A stretch of DNA of 64,000 nt from Octopus vulgaris (Eukaryota). The position numbers and the translations under genes are program-made. Within the stretch, counting starts at the first letter, position 1. Every line of letters starts with the position of its first letter. The notes below the pieces were generated by a model, which saw only the letters and a program-made list of their open reading frames with translations, had not been told where the DNA came from and made no database searches. The stretch spans positions 42,656,001-42,720,000 of the forward strand of contig OX597821.1 of assembly GCA_951406725.2 (NCBI GenBank). Direction: 5' to 3'. Of this stretch, positions 39,188 through 51,377 are shown piece after piece.

Positions 39188-41084
39188 TATACTATGAAGT
39201 ATACTAAATGTTTTATAAGTCAATACTGCGTTCTAATAATGTAACTATAGTATTTATATATGTGTGTGTGTGTGTATGGAGGTATATTAAACAAAGCAGC
39301 TGTTGTGTTTTGCACGAATATTGTGTAAATTTAACCTCCTCTTAGAAACGATTTATCAACCTAACTTGCAATAAATTCTTCCTCACTATCACCTTGCTAT
39401 TCGTGCAACTTTCTAATCTCTGTAAAAGGTTTCGTGTCTGGCACTAAACCAAGACTACATTGAGAGCCAGAGCCTTTCAAATGTTAACGCTGCCCGATTA
39501 TAAGTCAAATGTCGTTGTCGTTTCGCCATTTTCTGATTGTATCCCTTACTCCTTGGCGCACCACAACCTACGTTGGATTTACGTCTGACAACATGGTTAC
39601 GGAGATAAACAAGAAAAATTTAAACCATTTAACACAAGTGATCCGACTTAAAGTAGCAAGAACATAGTGTTGTCCTTCGATGAGCCGAGAAACAACGCCG
39701 TTTTGATGTGCGTCCGTTCAGACATTCTTCAATCGGAGATTGCTTATGCTTCGGTTCTTTGACACAGAAATATTAATGCATCAGTTATTGAGCGTATACA
39801 TTTTCGCAGTGAACAGTGTTCAAATATAGTACATTTATAATATAAAATCCGTCTCACTTTGACAGTGAAGTTTTCTGATGTGTTTTGAACGAATCTGGCC
39901 AGTCGCAAATCACTCGTTCTTTATATAAAACACACCTTCGAGGTGAGACGAGTGGAAAAGTTTACCCAACATTTGAGTGAAAGCAAACCCCAGTACTATT
40001 TTGGATTCGATTTTTTTTCAGCATAATGCTTCTAACACTACTTTATCTTATGCATATTACATTCTCTCTGATTTGTGCTGGGATTTTTTCTTGTGAAAAT
40101 TGGTACAATATTTAAAAAATGAAAGAGATAACTGAAATTTTTTACTCGGTGTATGTGTATATGTATGTATATTACTTCAAAAGTTCCCGCAAGCCCGTAT
40201 GTAAAAAAAAAAAAAAATTTTACGGAAATCGACGGAAAGGTCTACTAGAGACGAAAGATCGCCGAAAATTCTATATTTTCTGTAGAATAGTTCTGCATAA
40301 TTGTACCTAATTTTGTTTTAATAAAAAACAATCCTGAACATAATCACATTAGGTACTTCAAGTCATCCTTTTATGCCCAAAGAAAACTTCAATAACTTTA
40401 ATAATATGCAACCGCATCCCCATTTTGTACTGTTGCATCATCTTTGGGGGTAAAAATTGGTCAGCATAGCTATTGTTGAAATTGGGAGAGTTTGAAACGG
40501 TCAGGTGACAGGTACTTTTATTTTTTCAAGAGATTTTTCCTAAACTTTGACTCGATTCTAAATGAGATTGCTAATAAAATATATAATATATAGATAATTT
40601 TTTGTTTAACAATAAACATTCTTTCCTCTGTTAGAGTTCAAGTCAATTTTTTTTACCCACACTAATGTCTAATTAGACAATTTTCAAACAATGTCTAAAG
40701 TGGGACAAAATCTATAATGACTAATTTCAATAAATCAGGAAGAGAGCCACTCCAGCAAATCGTAAAGATTTTATGTTGAGTCTTTAGATTTAGTAAAGTT
40801 TCGTTAATTTCATATCATGTGCTGTTTTTCCACGAGCTTTTCATTTAACCTAGATATTTGAAATTTTTGTTGCATCTCTGCACTTTTCGATGCCCAAGGA
40901 TGGATATTGATGTGTACGAGTCTTTTTTTTTTCAAACGTAATTCTAAAGAAATAAAGGAAAAAAAGAAATTGTCTTACTTTAGCAAATATTACTCATTGT
41001 GCCCCAAATCCTATCCATTTCCAAAGAAGTTTCAATACATAGCTCAAAGGGAAAACAGTTATGGCTGTATGGTTGGTTAAGTTA

Positions 41085-41480
41085 GGCGCAGGAGTGGCTG
41101 TGTGGTAAGTAGCTTGCCAACCAACCACATGGTTCCGGGTTCAGTCCCACTGCGTGGCATCTTGGGTAAGTGTCTTCTGCTATAGCCCCGGGCCGACCAA
41201 TGCCTTGTGAGTGGATTTGGTAGACGGAAACTGAAAGAAGCCTGTCGTATATATGTATATATATATATATATGTGTGTGTGTTTGTCCCCCTAGCATTGC
41301 TTGACAACCGATGCTGGCGTGTTTACGTCCCCGTCACTTAGCGGTTCGGCAAAAGAGACCGATAGAATAAGTACTGGGCTTACAAAGAATAAGTCCTGGA
41401 GTCGATTTGCTCGACTAAAGGTGGTGCTCCAGCATGGCCGCAGTCAAATGACTGAAACAAGTAAAAGAGTAAAGAGAGAG
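41085..41480 (+). mobile_element. Well-preserved tRNA-derived SINE
   Basis: ggcgcaggagtggctgtgtggtaag (A box), ggttcagtccc (B box), an internal (TA)n(TG)n tract and a tail ending gaaacaagtaaaagag. Further copies at 42342-43230, 52378-52748 and 62502-62830. Confidence 0.9.
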
Positions 41481-41859
41481 TCATGTGGCTTTAGGTTCCA
41501 TCCTACTGTGCAGAATAATGAGCAAATGCCTGCCATAAACCCCTCCACCCGCCACGAAATTGAGCTAAGAGAAATAATTCAGACAGGCACATTCAGACAA
41601 GACTGGGATAAATCATGGATGCATTGAATGTTATACGCAAAACAAAAATTATCATGAATTGAAATTTTGTTTCAAGTCAGAAGAAAAAAAACCTAACGAC
41701 CTTTTTCTTCGTTAGAAGAGACAGCAAACAGCGAACAATATGATTGGTCTAATAGATCTAGTCAATCAAGCATAGATAACACGAACCCGCTTAATCGATG
41801 AAACAGGTTTTACATATAGAAATAAGTTTAGGAATAAATTTTAGCAAGCAGTAATGTGA

Positions 41860-42135
41860 ATAATAATAATAACACCATATAACACGATTTCTGTCCTTGG
41901 CTAGCAACAGTTATTTTCTATTTGCTTTCCCCTAGAAAGTATGAAAAATGGTTAACATTTCCTTCAAACTCTGCTTTTCTTACATTTATTCAAACCTCAA
42001 AGAATACCTCTCAACATATGGCTATGAAGCTCCCCCACTACTCCTGATCAGAGATGCACATATTATCGGCTACTAAGGGACATGCTTAAGTGGTTAAAGT
42101 CAAGCAGATTTATGATACTGAGCAGAATATTTACA
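41860..42135. repeat. Unclassified dispersed repeat with an inverse copy at ~53265-53530
   Basis: taacacgatttctgtccttggctagcaacagttatt...cagagatgcacatatt matches the reverse complement of 53265-53530. Confidence 0.7.
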
Positions 42136-42436
42136 ATAATGATATTTCTGCTTCAGCAATTCGAGCCTAAATCTTTCTGAAATGTAATGGAAAATAGATC
42201 AGTTTCAAAACATTGATGTCCAGATCACAAAAGCAAAGTTTGAAGGGATCATATTATTTACTTTGAATTCTAGATAGGATCAAGAAAGAAATAACACTTT
42301 CTGACCAAAGGCAATACAAATAAGAAATTTGTTACACAGAATAGGCGCAAGAGTGGCTGTGGTACGAAGCTTGTTTCCCAACTACATGGTTCCGAGTTCA
42401 GTCCCACTGCATGACACCTTGGGCAAGTGTCTTCTA

Positions 42437-42962
42437 GGAAAGACTTCCCCCCCCATTTTATCCGAAATTTGTTTATTTTTGTAATTTTTTCTTTCTTTTT
42501 GCCATAACTCCCCGTTTTCGTATAGAGAGGGTCCGGAAAATTGCCAAAAATCGGCATTGTGAAATTCCCTCCTCTCCACCCAACTTCTCCAATTTTGACT
42601 TTTTCCTCAGCACTAACCCTAAAACCCTAAGTACAGAAATGTTTTCAAATTTTTGTCTGAATCATGTCCGTATATTTCCGCATATTTAGGGAAAAAAATT
42701 TTAAAAAAGAAAATTTTACAAAGATTTTGGAAATGTTTTCCTCAGAATCATAATGTCCGTATTTTTCCACATATTTTGAAAAAAAAAAATTGCGAAAAAA
42801 CTTAAAGATGAAGGAAATGGGGGTGGGGGGTAATTTAGAAATGTCGATTTTTGTCAATTTTTTTTTTGCAGATTCGTATTCCCCGTAGCCGAAAAGTGGG
42901 GTTTGTGTCGAGAAAAAAAAAAAAATTTTTTTAGGGGATGGGGGGTGGGGGTGCCGTCTTCG
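42437..42962. mobile_element. MITE-like insertion splitting a SINE
   Basis: The SINE is interrupted at gtgtcttcta| and resumes at tctactat (tcta duplicated). Termini ggaaagac..C-run / G-run..gtcttcg. Internal ctaaccctaaaaccctaa and a duplicated block. Confidence 0.7.
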
Positions 42963-43214
42963 TCTACTATTTTGAGCCGACCAAAGTCTTGTGAGTGGAT
43001 TTGGTTGACGGAAACTGAAAGAAGCTTGTATACATGTGTGTGTGTGTCACCCACCCACCCCTCACCATCGCCTGACAACCGATGTTGATGTGTTTACGTC
43101 CCCGTAACGTAGCAGTTCAGCAAAAGTGACCGATAGAATAAGTACTAGGCCTACAAAGAATAAGTCCTGGGGTCGATTTGTTCGACTAAAGGTGGTGCTC
43201 CAACACAGCCGCAG

Positions 43215-43695
43215 TCAGTAAAAGAATAAAAAGTAATTCTTTCTACGATAAGCACTGACAGCATTTGAACTCATAGCTAATTCGGGGAAAATGCCGCTAG
43301 GCATTGTCCGACACACTAACAAGTTTGGTAGCCCACCGCCTTTGCTGGTTTCAAATTTAGGTACAAGGCCAGTAATTTTAGTGGATGAGGTTTAGTCGAG
43401 TACATCGACCCCAGTGCTCAACTGGTACGTATTTTATCAACGCCGAAAAGGATGAAAGGCAAGATAATCTTGCTGGGATTTGAATTCAAAACGTAAAGAG
43501 ACTGAAGATATACCTCTAACCAATTTATCTGAGACGCTACCAATCTACCAGTTCGTTGCCTTAATGGTTTCAAATTTTGGCGTAGGGCCATAAGGGGAGG
43601 AAGAAGTCGATCACATCGATGCCGGTGCTCAACTGGTCCCGAAAAGATGAAAGGCAAGGTCAACCTCGACGAAATTTGAGCTCTGAACGTAAAAC
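43215..43695 (-). mobile_element. Three tandem SINE copies (1-960 family)
   Basis: Same domain as the arrays at 1-960 and 22605-23190, with CpGs retained. Confidence 0.8.
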
Positions 43696-44370
43696 AGAAC
43701 TGAATTAAGGGAAATAAGCCAACGGCAGAGATTGAGATAAGCTCTGAGGTTGGCCCAAACCTTTTCAGCAGAATTAGGTAACTGGAAACTATGTGGGAGT
43801 TTGTAGAATAGACTGCAGTTGTCGCTTAACTTAACACTCACCACTACCGAGCCGTCAGAGGTTGTCCACTTTATGGCAAGCGTTCTTGCCACATTTCTGG
43901 TCTGTCTGTAGACAATATCTCGCATTCCTCCCACCAATAAACACAGGCGCCTATATATACAATCGATCACTCCCTGTAGTTTTGTCATGTATTAGAAATC
44001 GGATGTCAGAGAAAATGTCACAGTTAATATCTCTTTGTGTATTGTGTGAGACTTCCCTATGCTCAAGCCAACCCGAGCTTTTTATGTTGGGGAAAGAGTA
44101 TACAATCAAGTTCTTCCTCATCTCACTAAATTTGTGGTTTCGTATCTAAAATCACTTACTCTGTCATGTCGCCAGAGGGAGCCGATCTAAGTAGCGACTC
44201 AACCTGGCGGAAAAAGCGACCAAACCATCTTCAAAAAGCAGAAACATTGTATGAATGCAGTCCTAGATAGGGTATGTCTGAATAAAAGACAGGAAGACCA
44301 CAGCTAAAACACCTTTAACTTTTAGTCCGATCTTATCAGAGTTGACCTGAAAGTAAACAAGATTTCGTTT

Positions 44371-44753
44371 GGTCATCATACCTACACAAGTGTGTCCCAT
44401 TTCATAACTTTCAGAAAAATAGGTGTCTTTTAATGAAATTTTCTACAAATACCTTTCAGATGGTGTTGATTACGATTATATTTGATGCACACACTTACAT
44501 ATTGATTTTTTTTTTTTTCAAGTTTCATTTTGTAGATGTCATGTATCAACATGTATGCGCACCCAAAAGTCGCCCCCCCCCTTTTTTTTTTACATTAAAT
44601 TCCGATATTATCATAATCTACGCCATCTGAAAGGTATTTGTAAAACAAAAAATTAATCAAAAATATCTATTTTTCTGAAAGTTATGAAGACACAGTCGGG
44701 ATAGGACACGTGTGTGGGTATGCCCGGGATGGGACACATGTGTGGGTATGGCC
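44371..44753. mobile_element. Long-TIR foldback MITE with a 6-bp TSD
   Basis: Inverted arms over 100 bp (ttcataactttcagaaaaatag..tacaaatacctttcagatgg and its inverse). GG...CC termini. tcgttt on both sides. Confidence 0.8.
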
Positions 44754-45195
44754 TCGTTTGTGTTGCATTCTTCTCAACTAATCTGTTCCTTTATTCCCAA
44801 CATCCTAAATTGCAGTGGGGCTCGGAGGGAAAAAGCAATATTCCCTTTTCTGCATGAATATGAAGGCATTGCAAGAGGAATGTAGTCTCAAATGAGCCAC
44901 TACATACCAACAGGCGCTATCCATACATGCCGATACAAGCAGTTAAGATTTATACAGGCGAAGTCTTCGAACAATGAAACTTGGATGAAAGAAAACAGAT
45001 AATACACAAGGCTTTCCCTCTCCCCATCATACAAGAAAAGCATCATGTATTAATTATCCAGCGTCAGTTTGACTCCCTCTCCCTTCTTGACACACAGCAG
45101 CTGGATGTGGAACAAAGAGCAACAGCAGAGAACATCTATGCGAATGTGTGTGTATGATGTTTCTTTCTGTGTCTCTGATATGTGAATGTATAATG

Positions 45196-45238
<43 letters not shown>

Positions 45239-47496
45239 CGTGTCCAAGACACACACATACCAAAATATACAGACACACGTACATCTGAATCAATGAATGA
45301 AGGGATGTATATTCTGAAAATGTATATTCTGAAAATATTTTGTAGCCCTTGAAAAAATTCCTCTCCGGAGTCCGTGACTGTACACACACGTTTTATACAT
45401 TGTATGTGATTAAATACGTGTGCGTGTATATAATTTATGATCATTCACGTACTGTATATATGAAATATAATTATATACGCATAATGTGTGTGTTACTGAA
45501 ACAACCCCACTACCACCAACATTGCCGCTACAGATACTATTATAGCTGCTATATACTTAGAATGAGCGATTCTTTTCATACAACAAAGAAAGACGGATGG
45601 AGAAAGGAGCTTTGAAATTAACGGAAAAAAATGAAGAGGCAATAGGTACGAGTGGGAAGGAGATAGACTGGCCATACAAAGATGCTGAGGTTTCTAGTTA
45701 TTAGTGTGACATTTTGAAGTTACTGTTGCTGCTGCTCTTGTTGCTCTTGGGGTAAAGACAAGTTAAATGCTTTATACTGTCGGTATCCAAAGATAAAATC
45801 CTCCCGGGTGGTTCGATTAAATAAATGCCAAAAGATATGGTGGTTGAACTTAGCTAAACAAGATTGGCATTGTATTTAGTCAAAAGAAATTACCACAGCT
45901 TCTCTTTTATTGTTCTTTATACAAGCAGCAAGGTTTCATTCAAAACAAACAGGAAACAAATTGATAAAATTTTGTGACGTTCATGCATTTCTCTGAGGCA
46001 GAGGGAAGTGAAATGATTCCAACGTGGGGTCGAACTCTAGACACTTAACACTGAAATTACAAGGTACAATAACTAGTATCGTAAGATAGCCCAATATAGC
46101 ATTGATATCATTCAAGTGAGTCAGAACGGAACGGGTGATGGAACAGTCAGTAGATTTGCAAACAGATCGGGTCGGGTATTAAATACCCGATCTGTTCTGT
46201 TTGTGTAAGTATATCGTTAAAGACGTTACAACTCTGAACATTACAACTTTTTCTGAAAATGATAGGGTGTATATTTAAGGGAGTCTGGTTGCTGTTTTTA
46301 GTACATAGATTTTCCTCTAGTTGACGCGGGAGATGGGTGTTCCTATACTCATGTACTTCGTTATTTCAAATAAAGCAGATGGGATCGACTTACAATAAAT
46401 AGCAACAATATACTGCAGAATATATTCGTACAGAATTTAACAATTTGCTTTGTCAGAAAAATATTTTTCTTGTAAAGTTCTATTATTTCCACCAGCAGAC
46501 ATGTTAATACATTAATATCGCAAATCATAGTTGTTAAATGTTTTTCAACAAGTTCTTTGGAATATTCGATTATTAAATTGATTTTGATCAACATAGATGA
46601 TCGATTTTATCATTGTTATAGTAAAGGTTTTGATAAATACAGTAGTATTAATAACGGTCTCCATGTGCTGGAAATTTTAGATGTTTTACAAAATGGTAAA
46701 ATTGTGACGTGTATGCTTGTTGGTGAAAGATGATATCAGACGAAGAAGAGAGATAATGGAAAGTTTTTCTGCTGCTATGTAACACTCATTTTGTATTAAA
46801 TCTACCTAGCAGTAGTGTACAGTCGGACCAAAACCCACGTATATATATAAGTGAATGTATATTAGTGTAAATGGATGCAGGGTGGCTACTGTAAACTTGT
46901 ATATGAAGCATCTTAACGTAAAGCATGGCAGGGTATATTTTGTGTAAGTCAGACGGGTGAGTGTAATTACACAAACACTCCAAGTAAAAGAATGTCTATT
47001 CCTTGTACCTTGACATATATTTGAAGTAAATAAAACATCGTAACCCTATGAGAATTCAGTTTATTTCAAGGAATAATTCGAAATTCTTAAATAGAAAAGG
47101 CCAGTATGATTAGCAGTATTCTTTGTCGTCTTAAGATTTTCATCTCGTTTACATATTACCAAAATACATACATACACATATACACACAGAGCAGCAGATA
47201 TACGTCACTTGTATGAAAAGGTTTCCCCCCGAAACAAGTAGATGATAAACAGAATTTTCGTGAACAAGATGCCCAAAAAAGGTTCCTCTCTCTTTACACA
47301 CAGGAGGGAGATGATTGTGCATGGAGTGCTTGGGTATATATAATATACATATATATATAATGTTACACGAAACGTCTTAAGATGTCCGTTGAGCTTGATA
47401 TTAAAGAAATGTCAGAATTTTTCTTCTTTTGCTCTTTTTCATTTTGAAACAGAACGAATGTTGGGAGAATAAAAAAAAACGAAACAGGAAAAAAGT

Positions 47497-47539
<43 letters not shown>

Positions 47540-47801
47540 CTTTGCTTTTATGTTAAACTATGGTATGTCCAATTTTGGCCAAATGCTTTTTTTCATTTAT
47601 TTTTGCTTGCAATAGCCGGTTCTTTTGGTCTAACTATCGTATCACCAGCTGCTTTAGATGCCAAGACATCAAAATTTGTCAAAGTGTAGTACAACGATTT
47701 TGTTATGGAATGGTGAAACTATTTTTTCGCTTTCTGGAAAAGCAACGTTTTGGACCTACGACAATAATAGCAACGATATAATATATATATATGGGTACTT
47801 G

Positions 47802-47833
<32 letters not shown>

Positions 47834-49139
47834 GTGGGAGAAGCACAATAAAGATTCTACGAAAGAATACTGAGACACTTGAAGCAGAATGGAAAAGAGT
47901 AAAATGAATTATTTTCCGAGGAAAAAAAAAAAAGAGAAAATATATCAAAATATCTCGAAATACATAAAACTCATGCATGCATGCACACACACACACACAC
48001 TCATTGTAAACTTACATAAACTGCATACATATGAACACGGTAAATATACCTTAAAATGCGTGTGGTAGATTTTTTTTAAACACGGATTTTGTATATTAGA
48101 AAATACATATATATATTGTTCTTGACCCGAAATTGAGTGATGGGGGGGGGGGTGTAGACGATTTCATCGACCCTAGAATTTGACTGAAAAGCAAATTCGA
48201 TATCGGCGGAATTTGAACTCAAATTGTAAAGACGTACGAAACCCCACCTCGCATTTTATCCGGCACACTAACGATTCTGCCACCACGGTGCCTTAACACC
48301 ATCACGCAGTCATTACAACTTTTAGGCATAAAGCTGCAATTAGATTTATTATAGAACTAGATTGTACTAATATATATATATAGAGAGAGAGAGAAAATTA
48401 TTATTTTAGGGCAACATCGACTTCAGTGTGATTCGAAATCAGAACGTAATGTGATAGAAGGCACTCTCTTCGAAGGTTCTGCTTATCCATCTCACTCCTC
48501 GCCAGCTTGAATATAATGAAGCTTATATATATATATATATACACACACACATGTATCCACACATATACACATATATATCCTCGCATATACACACACACAT
48601 ACACGTTATTATATAATTGAAACAGGCAAAGAAATTCAGGAACACCTGAGAAATCTCTCTGAAACAAAACAGATATTAAACACACGCTCTAAGTCGCAAT
48701 TAATGTCATAACTATTATAATTAATTGAAATCACATTAATTTGAAAGAGCTGCAAAAAAATACTATGAATAAAAATTCCTCATTAAAACCACCTCACACT
48801 CCCCCACTGATTTTTGAAACTGAAAGAGAAACTAGTCTTAAATTTTCACAGCATGTCAGCTATTATTATTATAGACTTGCTCTGAATGTCAAATGAGATC
48901 GGTAAAATGAGCATCAGTGGTGCATATTGAGTCGAATAAGTCGGCATTTATCACAAGAAATTAATTAGCCTTATGCTTAAGCAAACATGTTCGGTCCCCA
49001 CCATAACCACGTTTTTCATCATAATGGACTAAAATTTATTTCATCAAGATTTAAATATTTAAAAAAATTTAATAAACTATATAAGTTGTGACAAAATAAT
49101 TATTTGCAATATATATATACACACACACACAGTCCTTAC

Positions 49140-49269
49140 CTGAATCCTGGTTTGGGGTGTCCTCGCGAACAGACAAGCACATCATCGTGTAATGTGCTAT
49201 GTCGAAGTACGGGTACATTTTCAGTTTGGTGACCGTTTGAGCGATGTTCAAGAATGTCTGAGGATCCAT
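49140..49269 (-). CDS. TMEM38: TRIC (trimeric intracellular cation channel) coding exon 1
   Basis: ATG in context aacatcATGG. Encodes MDPQTFLNIAQTVTKLKMYPYFDIAHYTMMCLSVREDTPNQDS, resembling the invertebrate TRIC N-terminus. Ends at donor G|gtaagg (phase 1), 130 nt. Confidence 0.92.
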
Positions 49270-49705
49270 GATGTTGGTTAGCGTTGAGAGATCCGTGGTG
49301 ATTAAATGGGGAGGAAAAACTTAAAACAACGAAACGGAGATGAGGATTGAAAAAAATGGCAGAGCAGAGGACGAAGAATCTGCAAGATGTGTCGTGCTTA
49401 TAGGCAGGGGTGCTTTTCTTATTGACAGGTGATGACGGCTAGATTTTTCGTCCGTTATTCCCCACTCGTCACCAAAACTGCTGCTACTACTGGTTCGTAA
49501 TATTGCCACTACTGCTGCTGATTTTCTTCTTGGTTAGTAGGAGGAGGTAGGTATTCTAACGGGGTTTCAGTTTTATTTACGGGGAATCGTTGCGAAGTGA
49601 TTACTGAGAAGATATTTATTACTGACGCTATTGACTGTTATTATTATTATTTGTATTGTTACTCCTGCTATCAGATAGGGAAGTGAGGGAGGCTAACCAA
49701 CTATT
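49270..49705 (-). promoter_or_regulatory. Probable TRIC 5' UTR and proximal promoter
   Basis: About 435 nt upstream of the start codon with no minus-strand ATG, relatively CpG-rich and non-repetitive. TCAGT initiator-like motifs lie near 49603-49625. Confidence 0.45.
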
Positions 49706-51377
49706 CATTCAGGACTATGTTAGAGTTATGAAAAGAGTTTATAATAATAACACCCCTCCTGTTTCAGACGATTTTTACTAATACTACCAGTACTACAACT
49801 GTTGTCGCCGCTAACTTTATGGCTAATTACACACAACTGATTCATAAACCATTCAGGAAATCTCATGAACACGCTTAGCTTTGCTCGGCTCTATCAAAGC
49901 GCCCTCTTTTAGCACGACGATGAAACTTTTCGCTTGATCAATGTTATTGTCTTTATTACCAAGGACAGATAACTCTTTTTAGCGTTGATTTTTACTATAT
50001 CCAGCTACTTTTTCTTTGCATTTCTCTGGCTCTTGATAAAATAAATGACATTAATGAACTATAATCAGTTCAGCTGATTCGGGTGTATAAGATTTCGTAA
50101 ATATTCATGGCCTAGTAACAACGTAAGCAATCATTATTATTTAAGCACAATCAAATCCCGCCATATCCGATGGATTGGCATATACAAAATTCATGCTGTA
50201 TTTAGTTACGGCCCTTTATATTGTGCGTTCAAATCTTACTCGTGGTCACCTATGCACGTAACACTGGCTCGATAAAATAAAGTACTGGTTAACTTTGTAA
50301 TATTTCTGTAAGTCATCTTAGATGTGAAAGGAATTATTTACAGGCAACTTAAGACTTCATCGTTTATTTCTTCGGTATCGATAAACTAAGCAGTCGTATG
50401 AGTGTTGATGTAACGTAATATATGTTCCACTCATACAAATTTGTAGCCTTCTACAAAAGTTAGAAATCCTCATCTAATTGCAAGGAAAAATCGCCGGAAC
50501 TGACCATTCATGTCAACAGCCCCGATGAAACAATGTTGTACTGGGGTATTTGCAGAATTGTTAAGGCATCGGATAATTCCTTGCAGAATTTGTTTAAGGC
50601 CCTTTCTATTCTGAGTTCAAAATTGTCTGAGACCTGCCATTACCTTCATCCTTCTGGGGTCAATAAAGTACATTGTCAGTCAAATATGTATGTGGGCAAT
50701 ACTGTATGGTTAGTTTTGTTCTGTTATGATTGTAGTATAAGGTACAAATCCCACTATACAATATTTTGGTCGAGTATTTTCCACCATAGCGTTGAGGTGA
50801 CCAAAACCACGAGTGGAATTTAGTGGATGGAAACTGTATAGAAGCCCATCATGTCTGTGTGTATACTCATACATATGTATATATCCATATATATATATAT
50901 ATATATTCTCTGTAAAGAGGTCTTAGGCCATCAAGTTTTGGGGTCTGACGATACGCCATAAAGTTAAACCCTTTATGGACGTGAAACTCAGGGTAACCCC
51001 ATAAACCGGCCTTCACCAGAAAAATTTATTGACCGCTCTACTTCTTAGAGTGTGCTTCTTCTCCGGGTTCATGCTTTTCTAAAAATGGTGTGTGTGTGTG
51101 CGTGCGGGTGTGTTTGTGTGTGTGTGTGTGCGCGCGTGCGGGGGGGTGTTTGTGTGTGTGTGTGTGAGCCTCATTTAGTTAGGGAAAGTAGTAACTCTCA
51201 TGATACATTGGTTTCAAATTTTGGCACAAGGCCAGCAATTTCGGGGGAGGAGGCAAGTGGAGTACGTCGACTCCAATGGTCAACTGGTACTCTCGATTTG
51301 TTTCTGAAAATGAAAAAAATATGCATTCACCGTTCAATCCCTGGTTAACCAAAAATATATTTTATTTAATAAACATA

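Noticed and set aside
41085-41160. tRNA gene
   Set aside because: A and B boxes are present, but the sequence continues into a SINE body and has many copies. It is a SINE head.
45050-48685. Cluster of 60-110 aa ORFs rich in YI/CV/HT repeats
   Set aside because: These are translations of (TA)n and (TG)n microsatellites and low-complexity DNA. The same applies to most of the ORF track.
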